Assembly: GCA_030704615.1 (NCBI GenBank)
Contig: CM060731.1
Span: 25,916,001 to 25,980,000 of the forward strand
DNA: 64,000 bases
Reading direction: 5' to 3'
Origin: Takakia lepidozioides
Lineage: Eukaryota; Plantae; Bryophyta
The position numbers and the translations under genes are program-made. Shown here piece after piece: positions 24,201-34,470 of the stretch (positions are counted from its first letter, which is position 1; every line of letters starts with the position of its first letter). The notes under the pieces were generated by a model. It did not search any database. It had not been told where the DNA came from and was given only the letters and a program-made list of their open reading frames with translations.

Positions 24201-27029
24201 AAGTGTACCAACTTCCTTTGCAGTTATTTTTGTTGTTATCTACGGTTCTTCTACACAGATCCTACCAACCTTAGCTTTCCACAGTTGAATGCTTAGTGTC
24301 TCAGTCCGATGACTTTGCCAGCACTGTGGGCCTTTCTTCAAGGGCCTAGAGCATTGCCATGTTCAGAAGGGTACTGTTCCTGGTCAATTCCTTGTGGAGA
24401 ACGCCACCAGTAACAATGAACACGAGTAACTTCCTTCTGCCATCCTCACATGTCGGTGGGTGAAGAAAGAGTTTGCATGAAAAGATAAGTCTAGATTTGA
24501 AAACATTGAACGGGAAAACGGAGAACTGCAGGTGATTGGACGTTCTTTGGACAAAGCCACAGGTTCTCCAGACTATCAGCAACAGAAGGAGCAGTTTCGT
24601 ACCCTACAGCTCTTCAGGTCACATTATGCCCTCTAATCCTTTTTGAGTTTCCTTCGTGCTTGCTTTGTGATTCAACAGGAAAAGTCTAGAACCTGCACGG
24701 GAGGCCGAGACAGCCTATAGTAGAACCACAACAGAGAGAAAAGCTGGTTATTGTGCCCCTATGTTTAATGCCTTCTTCCCTTAGATTGATTATCTTCACC
24801 TTATCTGCTAGTCAGTTGACTAATAGCTGCTATCCAGTGACTATGGGAAAATATGTCGCAGTATGGGTTCACCACATTTGTCTTGAGGTCTGCTCGCACC
24901 GTTTTAGTAAAATGACTATTTCCTCAGGCAATACCATAGGCTATCATGGACTTCCATGGACCAATCAGCAATTACCTATGAAAAAAAGTCAATTTTTTGT
25001 GAATTGAACTGGAAATGACCACCACGGTGAGCCTTTCATTATACAAGCATCAGACAATGAACTGCATCCACTTTCGAGCTACTGAATTGCAAAATCAAGG
25101 AAATTCTTGGACCTCCCAAGGTGGCTCTTTATGAAAGTATGTACAACATGTTTAAGACGTCTGTGGACGAGATGGGGCAGGCAGCAAATAGGCCATGTGG
25201 TGACCACAGTGCAACGCTATGTGGAGTCCCAGCTCCTTCACGTTGTTTGGAGCAAATTTCTTCACTGCATCCAGCACCAGGTTCTGCCTTGATCTCCTTT
25301 CAATACTGATTTGAAGAGTGATTTGTCTCTTACAGTCTATGTTTGTTTTTCATGAGATGCCATGGGCTAAGGATTATACTAGGGGAATGCAGAATGAGAG
25401 TAGGTACCTGATTGTTGACCATGTTGGCCAAGGTGATCATCGACGGTCTTACACTGTACAGCTAACAACTTCTAGACTTTGCAAGGCTCATCACCATTCA
25501 GATTGGGCCTCTTATAGCAGTAAAGATTCTCACAGCTGGCACCACATGGAGGGAACTTGCTGCTGGAGCTTTGCAAGTATATTCTCCATTTCTCTTGTTG
25601 GTCTAGTTTCTGATATATTTTGAATGTTGTGTGAGGCAGGTGAAGGACATACATGACTTGGAGAAGGTGCATTCTGCTTACTTAGAAGACGCGTCTCATC
25701 AGTAAGCTCTCTTATGTCTTAACATCTTACTAGAGAGTTTTGAGCCAGACCCGTCAAGTAGAGTCCAAGTTTCAAACCACAGGTTGCTGGAGCAAGTTCT
25801 TTTTACAATCCACTGGCACTTGGGACCACAGACTAATATCTGTATTTGTCCTCAACGCACCAGTCAAAGAGATGCTGATGTTGCAGGAGGAGCATGTTAA
25901 TACCTCCTAGCTTTCTGAATGTTCATAATGGATTCTCGGGCCAAAAGCTGCGTTGGAAGGCCAGGCCAAATATGCTTCATGGTGGCAATTTCAAACAAAA
26001 ACTGCACTGGTGTTTGAATAAAATCACATACATCAATCTGAAGTCCATAAAGGCAAGCCTCGGGTCTTTCATATGTCAGCCAGATTCATCCACCTGTGCA
26101 ATGTCAGACCAAGGGGATGTTGAGTCAGCTCTGAAATATCTGGACACTCCAGGGTGACTGAGGGCAAAAGCTCTGCAGTAGAAGTTGACACATGGGTTCT
26201 GGTGCTATTATACAATACATGACTGGGCTTTTCAGCTGATGTTAATGATGAACTGGAAGATCCTTTAGAGTTGTGAAGATTTAAAATTCTGTTTATATTG
26301 GCAGGTGCTTCCTTTCAAGGAACATGGAGGGTGTGAAGGCGTGCATTGACACTATCATGCAATGCACTCTGGATTTCCGGGCCAATCTGAGCAATGCTAG
26401 TCAGGATAGAGAGGACAACCCACACGAGCTAATCAGTGATGACTTGTATTCCAAGGCAAGCGGTTTCCCAACTTTTTTGTGTTTAGTATGTTGAGAGGTA
26501 CTCTGTTGCCTATAATCACAGGTCGGTGCAGATTTAATGGACACGAGGATGAAGTATGTGGTGAATGTTTCCTTCTCAGACCTCTGGCCTTTGCAACTAT
26601 TGGCAACCAAGCTGAATAGGTAAAGGCCTAAGAAGGCAGTGCTGGATATAATAGCATGCTCTCTAACCTCCAGTACTGGGATTATTGGCTGTGGGTGAGT
26701 GTATGGTAATATGGGTCGAATTCAAGCTTTTGGAAACCCGAATTAGCTCCAGGCTGTTACCAGCAGATTTATCATCACACAACAATGTATACACTGAGAA
26801 TACAGTCTTACAGCATCATGGCCCTGCCTTCATCCATTGGGCAATGTTTTAGGCCTCACACCAACTTCGTTTGAATTGGCAGGTGCAGGATGTGAAGTAC
26901 GCATTCACAGCGAGTCTACGGAAGCTCTATAGTTATCATCAACGGCCAGAGCCCCAATATCGCATCTTACTAAGTGATTTATGGATGTGCCTCGACTTCA
27001 ATGGCTTTCTTTCTTGCCCTCAATCGTAA
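15205..27029 (+). CDS. GCP6: Gamma-tubulin complex component 6 (Spc97/Spc98 family). Confident exons: 18020..18937,19543..19758,19897..20277,20579..20697,21076..21788,21935..22502,22752..22893,23302..23518,23907..24070,24532..24617,25181..25280,25640..25701,26305..26455,26883..27029; 5' exons (15205..~15536, 17187..17399) uncertain
   Basis: Motifs ELDLVRDALYALQG, LVNQAFAAAVR, ITLLELYLHT, FPRGAELLTYLY, ADPLHLELLRFLF..ACQPY, DKCIVQEILSQY, QDHYTALRRYYFME.GDWA, LGYKVEWPL, DFN near the C-terminus match plant GCP6; splice phases are consistent from 18020 to the TAA at 27027-27029. Confidence 0.9.
16290..16600 (-). mobile_element. LINE ORF2 C-terminal fragment, antisense within a GCP6 intron
   Basis: RVGSHNLGI..., then IETEEHFFFHCPPYHEIHWRFHCLF (C-terminal zinc-finger motif of LINE ORF2), frameshifted. 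Confidence 0.7.
22503..22751 (+). other. U12-type (minor spliceosome) GT-AG intron in GCP6
   Basis: Donor CA|GTATCCTC; branch-site-like TCTCTTAAC ending about 10 nt before the AG; no polypyrimidine tract; splicing restores QEILSQ-YQCVS. Confidence 0.8.
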
Positions 27030-27086
27030 TCAACTATTTTGTTGACCCCTCCCAAAGGTGGTCTCGTCAGAGCTGGTTTTGACATC

Positions 27087-27417
27087 CACTGTAAGCAGCC
27101 CTCCCTGGAGCCTCAGAGACAGCAACACTTGTTTTAGAGAACCAAATAGCTACTACTCTCACGTGGATCTGTAGGTGGGCTCTCATTGTGATACTCACTG
27201 GAAGCAGCCCTGACTGCAGTCTCAGAGACAGAAACTCTTGTTTTAGAGAACCAAATAGCTACTACTCTCACGTGGATCTGTAGGTGGGCTCTCGTTGTGA
27301 TACTCACTGTAAGCAGCCCTGACTGCAGTCTCAGAGACAGCAACACTTGTTTTAGAGAACCAAATAGCTACTACTCTCACGTGGATCTGTAGGTGGGCTC
27401 TCATTGTGATACTCACT
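27087..27417. repeat. Tandem repeat, 109-bp unit x3, just 3' of the GCP6 stop
   Basis: Units start at 27087, 27196 and 27305 (CACTGTAAGCAGCCC...GTTTTAGAGAACCAAATAGCTACTACTCTCACGTGGATCTGTAGGTGGGCTCTCATTGTGATACT). Confidence 0.95.
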
Positions 27418-27867
27418 TCTTTGGTGCCACATGACAATAACAGAGGATACATGTTTCCACATGAATTTTTGTAACTAAGGCCGTCACTTGGTGGTGGGCT
27501 ACATCACATGACATAACTTTCTCCAAGACCACCAATGCTGCACAACTCTTTCTCTCCAGACAAGCCCATCCCACCCGGATCCTCAAAATCTGGAGACTTG
27601 CATGTTGAGAAAGAGTTTTGGAGTACTCTGTCCCTTCATGCACCTTGATTCTTCAGCGACCAAAGACAAAAATTAGTGAAACATGCTGCCACACTTAGCA
27701 ATCATCAAGTCTGCCGAATGGCACACCTCATCACCATTACTTCGCTAACTGCCACCTAACCATGACTTGCCAATGTGCAGGACACCCTTGGAATGGAGTA
27801 CCTAACTGATGTCAATTACAGGTAATGAACAGCAAGCGTTGAGAGAATGGGCCAACCCTCATATGCT

Positions 27868-28140
27868 CAGTGTTTTTTTTCTTGGCGAAAAATCGCCAAA
27901 TGGCGACCTCAAAACATTAAAATAGAATATTCTGTCGTAAATTCCCAAATTTTTCATGGATGAAATCGCCAAACTTCTACAAGGAAAAAACAAATGGATG
28001 AATTCGCCAAATGTGGATGATATAAATGGATGAAAGTACATAGGAGGATGATTCTATCCAAATTTTCAATGGATGAACAGAATATATAGCTTTTTGTAGC
28101 CACTCGTGCTATTTTTCAAATTTAAGAAAAAAAATCACTG
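27868..28140. mobile_element. 273-bp MITE with CAGTG TIRs and 5-bp ATGCT flanking duplication
   Basis: ATGCT|CAGTGTTTTTTTTCTT ... AAGAAAAAAAATCACTG|ATGCT; internal TCGCC and GGATGA motifs. Confidence 0.8.
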
Positions 28141-29219
28141 ATGCTCACTCACGCACTCACTCACGCACGCACGCACTATTAGGGTAATGCAGTGCACATG
28201 AGTGACAGATCAGATTAGATCAGATCAGATCAGATTAGCACGCTAGCCAAGATCTGATAAGCCATCATTAGCCCCGTCATTATTAGATTCCTATCATTCG
28301 TAGAGACCGATGATATTATAGGAATCTTCTGGATTCTGACGTAAAACGAAGCGAAGCGGTAAAAAGGTAAAAGCAAATGTGCACGTGGGTGCGTTTTGGG
28401 CCCCAGCTTCTTCCTAACAAGAAACCGCCACGTGTCGTACAATCAAACCCAGATGGATCGCGAGGTTTTGGGCACGTTTCGACCGCACAGATACCGAGAT
28501 GTCGAGTCTGATGATGACGACGCGTGGCGGAAGGCTCATGTTGCAATCCAAGCACAGATACGCTTGCGTCATGTGTGTGTGAAGGGACACCTGTTCCCAC
28601 GTGTCGACTATTGTGTGCATGCGTTTCTATTGCTCAGCATTTTATATTTATATATTGGTTTAAAGTGTAAGTTGCCAGCATCCGTCCGTCTAGTATAACT
28701 TATTACTTAACTTGCAGAAGAAAATAAGTTTTCACCTTACTCCATGAGAGGACTATCCTTCCGAATGTACATATGTCGTGAGCCTAAATTAGTTTTTTAA
28801 GCGAAAATAAAAGTCCACAATTGCTTGTGAATCTTACAGGAATTGCAGTTAGGATCAGCTCCCATTGGTGATTAGTGTAATAGCATCTTAACTCCTAACT
28901 GATTTCTGGATACTTAGAATCTAGGTTTTTGACCACATTCAATCTGTTCGAGGATTATTTATCCTACTCATGCATTAGATAATACCTAAGGTCCACATTT
29001 GAGCACTTCTTTGCACCTTCTATTCGTCAGTTTTCATGGATCTGAACTTTATGCAAATTCAAACATTTCCAGTATCTTCGGTAGAAGCTGGGATATTATT
29101 AGTACAATTTAGTGGAGGACAATAACAGTTTAGAGGGTTTTCCCTCCCTTCCTAGTAAAATATTGTATATATATATATATGTAACAGTGGGGCTGTAAGA
29201 TTGGTTGACACATGTATCC

Positions 29220-29483
29220 AGCCATTCTTTTAGTGGCGAATAATCGCCAGATTTCGACCTCAAAAAATAAAATCGAATATTCAGTCGAAAATCCACTGTT
29301 TTTTCATGGATGAAATCGCCAAATTTCAAAATAAATTATGGATGAATTCGCCAAATATGGATGATATAATGGATGATGGCACGTAGGTGGATGAATTACA
29401 GTGGATGAATAGAATAAATAGCTATTTCCTGCAAAACTCTGTAGCCACTCGTGCTGTTTTCCAAATTTCTTAAAAAAACACAT
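29220..29483. mobile_element. Second, degenerate copy of the 27868-28140 MITE
   Basis: Shares TGGCGAA..ATCGCC, CGACCTCAAAA, TTTTCATGGATGAAATCGCCAAA and TGTAGCCACTCGTGCT; termini eroded. Confidence 0.8.
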
Positions 29484-32400
29484 CATGGATCCCTTCTTGT
29501 CTGACAACACTTGGACTGGACTTGTACGAATGAGAAAATGTTGCTACCTTTGCATCTATTGAAGTTTATATTCTGTGATTTTCTTGCACGTGGGCCACAT
29601 TTGTCATACACGGTACACCTAGTGACTATATGTTGGAGATAAAGTTGACACAACCATTTAGTTAACTAATAAGAAATACACCTAAAAAGACGTTCTTCTT
29701 TTTACAATGGGTTTTTTTTTCCTATATGGGCAATGTAATTTGAGAACCCATGTTTCGTAATATCTGGAATAGTTATGAATTTTTACCTGTTTTGAAGTTG
29801 ACTCACCTATTCATGCTAGACGGTAGGCTCGTCTTTTCATGCTCCTGTTCACGTCAGCACACCCATTCCCGTCATCTACGAGTCCTCATCCAATGATGTT
29901 TAAACATGTGTATTGCGTGTATCGTGGGACATGATGGTCTGACGGATTTACAATGCTTTGATGTTGGAAATGGGAGGCTTTTATAGGTGACAGAGGCAAT
30001 TTTTGAGCAGTGCTTTATGGAGTGAGAAAAAACGGAAAACTCCCTTGCAAAAGTTTAAAAAGTTGCAATTGGCAAAAGATCATAACTTTCACATTTGTCT
30101 GTAGACATGTATTGTGCCATGTTCCTATATTTTATTATATTGGATTTTTATTTTTATTTTTATTTGTGGAAATTGATATTACTCTTTTTTCTTTTTCTTC
30201 TATTTTTTCAAGGGGATGAAGCCTCAGTATTTTATTGATAACGGGGAAAAAATAAACCCCTTACTCATTCAAGATTTTTTTTTTTTTTTTCTTACGTATG
30301 CTAAAAAAACCAAAAAAGTATTAATAAAGCTACATTAATTGTTGGGATAAAGACTTGCTTGCGAATTGCTTTCACGTTTCATAGGCCATTATAGAAAGTG
30401 GTCACCTAGGCATCACTAACTTACCAAGTCCTCTATAGTCAGCTTAGCGTGATGACTAGTGTAGCAAGCAAGTGAAAGTGTGTGCAACCTTATGTGACTT
30501 AAGGGAAGACTTCTTGCCAAAGCATGCGTAATTTACGGTGTCACTGCATCCCCAAAGGTCTACTCTAGTGTCGAGTGCCTTCGTCTGAAAGTGAACATGG
30601 TCTACCCGTATGTGTGGGTAACCTCAGATTTTCAAATTGTTGGGCAACCGCGTTGTATCTTGTTGATCCAACTACCCCTTTGATATATCTGACTATGCTC
30701 CTCCTGGCCTCCATCTACTCACCATCCTTCAAAGTGCTTCAATGTGGCGCTGACTACTATGACAACCTTGGGAAGAGGCTCTTATTTAACTTGGGGTTAG
30801 CATCCTATATATAGGACTTTGACTTTGGGAAGAGGCTCTTATGTATGCTAACTTCGGGTTGGCGTCATATATATATGACTTGACTTGTCACACTCTGATC
30901 AACTTAGTGGGCCATCCCGCAAATGTAAATTGTTACCCTGAATTTCTCCATCATTGGATTTTCAAACAAGGAGTCAATAAATAAATAAATAAGGGTCCCA
31001 AATTCTGGCAGGGGCTACTCCTGAAGGTCAAAAAAAGGGAGAGGATTGGAGCAGCCAAGGGCACTGGTGTTGGAATTGGTGAAAAATATGGAGAGGCTAC
31101 TATAGAAGTAGGAGGGCCCACCCTCCTAATAGTTCTAGAGCTTTCCACAAGCAAGATGAGGTGGCGGGGATTAGGTGATGGCCCCCTTCTAGAAGGCTCC
31201 ACAAGTGCCTTGAGATAGTATACACACAGGGGTGAGGGCTACCTGCTATGCTACAGGTTTCTCTTAGGCCTCCATCTTACTTTGGTGGGCTCTGCAAGTA
31301 GGCCTCCCCTTAAAAAATGTAAATTTGGAGCCGGAACCATCTTCAAGTGAATAGAAATATTAAATAAGGGGTATGCTTGGAAACATTCCAGCGCTAATCA
31401 CAATGACATATCTACATATGTTTAAATTTGAGCTTAGTACCGTTGCACCCAGACTCTCCACCAAAGCTCTCATCATTTGGGCTGGGGAGTCCAACGGAGA
31501 GTTAGGCGCATGCACTAAACTAATAAGGAGGCGGACTCGAGCTGATCAAAACGAGCGGATGAGTTAAAACTGCGCAACACAAATCCGTTCCGTCCTACAT
31601 TTGATTCTCCGGTGTTATGCTTCAAGACTAGCTAGCACCTCAATGTTTCTCTCACTCTTGTGATAGTACTATCCAGCCTCACATTATTCTGAAATCACTT
31701 TGGGCCTACCTATGCCCCATTTTATAATAGGGCTAAAGCCACCTTTCCACTTTTCCACCGTAACTCTAGCTCTAACTTAACCATTTTTTTAGGCTAGTAA
31801 AAATGCCACACAAAAGGGGATCGGATAAGCGATCCGATCTAATCTACCGTGGCCCACCTGCGATCCGTCGGCGTATGTTGGCCTACGAGCCTGGGCACTC
31901 TTCTTTATCTCTCCATTTAGCCATCTTTCCGGGGAATTCCGAGGCTCGGCAAACAGCCTCGGAATCCGGAGATACTCCGAACTTGTCCCTATTTCCGAAC
32001 CCAACTGGGAAATCGGGTAGGCTCAGCCACGGTCGCCGTCGAGCGAAGGACTCTGAAATCTGAATAGAATATTCCTTCCTCGTTGCATCTGAAAGTACCT
32101 TCCTCAGTGCATTGAACGCGTGAAGAAACGATGACGCGACAAGTGGCTTCTGCTGAGCCTATGGTCCGTACGTCCCTACATATTAGGCAAACGTGTACTT
32201 CTAGATGAATGAATGGTGTCGGTACAGCAGCCACTCTGTTCATCCACATGAAGGGTTGGTTGTTCCCACACTGCTGGCTGTGCTTTCATCTTTTTCCGTT
32301 GCCACACTTTTTTTAGTTTATTATTAATAATTGTTATTGGTATACATACTTTATTATGTAAGAAAGATACGATTTCAAATCCTGCTACCTTGTTGTTTGT

Positions 32401-32774
32401 TGTTGTATTACCTCCCCCTTTCCCTTGGGTTGTTGGTGTGATCACATGAGCTTGGCACCTCAGGGCGTGGTTATTTTGAAAGAGGTTATTTTCTCCTCTC
32501 ACCAAAATTAAGGGCTTAATTTGCGAGAAATCGCTCCCAAGGTGTTCAAGTTTCCCTTTCAAGATACGGAAAAAAAAAGAAAGATGATTATGGCATATTA
32601 TGTTATAAATGACAAAATCCTCCTAAATTTAACCACCACCTACTAGAGTATCTCAGACAAGTTGAACTTAGTGGTAAGCTATATGTATCATGTCTAATAT
32701 GATCTAAGCTATCCATATGGACGGACGACGGAGTTCATATCGCCTCTCTAACAAACTCCATTTTTTTTTTTTAA

Positions 32775-33588
32775 CCCTTAAGTTCCCAAGCGACCTGAAT
32801 CGGGTCACTTTGAATTTGCAGTTCGACCTATTTTTGCGGATCTAATCTGATGGGGCCCACTCCTGAAGCTTTAATGACAAGGGATTTGTCTCGAGTATAA
32901 AAACAAAATTTAAAAAAAACAAAAGCTACGACCTGCAAAAAAATATCTTAGATCTCTCATTTACGTTTTGGGGCCTGAAAAGGGCTTGTTGACCGTTGAC
33001 GTGGCAATAAACAAGCCCAAAACAGATTGCACTCCAAAGGCCATTTTTGGCAGAAAATTAGCAATTTTGGAAAAAAGCGCTTCACCTTGTGGTGTGTGAG
33101 CATTACATACATACATCCACCATTGGCTTCTAAAAAATTTGTAGAAAAAAAATTACTTCATTTGGAGGCACATTTTCTCTTGTCAATTTTGAGATTTCAA
33201 CCCCCATGTAATTGCATGCATAGCAACCATAGGTGAAAAAATCAGTTGGACCTGCAATTTAGTGGGGTCATAGCCACTCCACTATTGATTTGGAAATGGT
33301 GGGTCTTGGGGCAAGCAAAATTGGATAAAGCTAGGTTTTGATTTGGTCAAACCAATTTCTTTCTCGCTTTTTTTTTGGGACCTGATATTTGAGGTCCGGG
33401 CCAACGTTATAATCTCACAATTTCCACGGTCGACTTGGCTCATTTTTTGGTATGTCATGCATAAATGAGCTGGGCCATTGCTATAAGGCTGGAATCTTTG
33501 GATGATTTTTGGTAGGTTAGGAGCAATTTACTGCAGCTGGGTACCCAAAATTGGTAAAAAGTCAAAAAAGGGCTTGGGAACTTGAGGA
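32775..33588. mobile_element. piggyBac-like non-autonomous element (TTAA TSD)
   Basis: TTAA|CCCTTAAGTTCCCAAGC ... GCTTGGGAACTTGAGGA|TTAA; 15/17 TIR match; no coding capacity. Confidence 0.7.
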
Positions 33589-33645
33589 TTAACTTAAAGG
33601 TCAATTATTTTTTCCTCAGTTTTATTAATAAAATTTGTCAAGGCT

Positions 33646-33760
33646 CCCCTGTTCAAAAATAATAATAATAAAACAAGGTCAAAAGAAAAGAAAAGTCCGC
33701 CAACTCCCCACTAGAGGGTAGGTCCCTCTTTTTTTTTCCTGTTTTTATTTAAACAGGGGG
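33646..33760. repeat. Small inverted-repeat element (mini-MITE)
   Basis: CCCCTGTTCAAAAATAA ... TTTATTTAAACAGGGG; the same left end CCCCTGTTCAAAAA recurs near 45445. Confidence 0.5.
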
Positions 33761-34029
33761 AAAGATCGGAGAAGTACAAGAGGAAGAAATGTAAGCTCTA
33801 CCCTTCTTTTTTTGTTCCTCTTTCTAAGTAATGCCTCCATCGCAAGGCTATTTTTTTCCTAATCTGATCAACAGGGCCTCTGTCCCCCTTGCAAAATTTT
33901 AAAAAAGGAAAACTTTGTGCAGAAGGCCCGACTCGAGTAGGTATTCATAGAAATTAGTACCTCTATAGGCGGGTAAATATAGGTAGTACGTATAACGAGT
34001 GTATAAGTGTATACACGTAGGCAGATACC

Positions 34030-34470
34030 TACACCTACCTACCCGCTGGGCCCGGTGAGCTGGAGGGGCGTACCTCCGAAATCTGCTCCGATTTCCTTGG
34101 CTCGGTCCAGGTTCGAATAAGCCTCGGGACGGGCTCGGGGGTGCCGAGGCTGGGCCATAGGTTCCCTGGGGAGAGACAGGGCACGCCCTGGCTGCTGGCA
34201 CAGCGCCACGTGGCCGGGCACTTTTGTGTTCCTGCAAGGCTGCGAGGCGAGGGACGGGGGGGGCGGTAACGTCTTGGGGACGGCCTAGATCCGCGCCGGG
34301 GCGGCTTCATATATCTGGGGTGGAGTGTGGGGTGTGCAAGGGCGGGACGGGGTGTCGGAGGGCAGAATGGGGGACCAGACAGACCAGCAGGTGTGCGAGG
34401 GCGAGCAGCAGGGGGAGGAGGCGTGAGGGTCTGGTTTTGGGGACGGAGTCGTGGGAGGGTTCATAGCGCG
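34030..34470. promoter_or_regulatory. GC/CpG-rich island, likely promoter/TSS region of the histidine kinase gene
   Basis: Sharp rise in GC and CpG with G-tracts and a GCCACGTGGC G-box at ~34204, about 3.3 kb upstream of the kinase ATG; an acceptor-like CACAG at ~37540 suggests 5'UTR introns. Confidence 0.4.

Noticed and set aside
27087-27417. CRISPR-like array (contains GTTTTAGAG, as in type II repeats)
   Set aside because: The whole 109-bp unit repeats with no unique spacers, there are no cas genes, and the context is eukaryotic.
28160-28697. Helitron ending at CCGTCCGTCTAG|T with AGATC repeats
   Set aside because: No convincing subterminal hairpin or 5' end could be identified; left unannotated.
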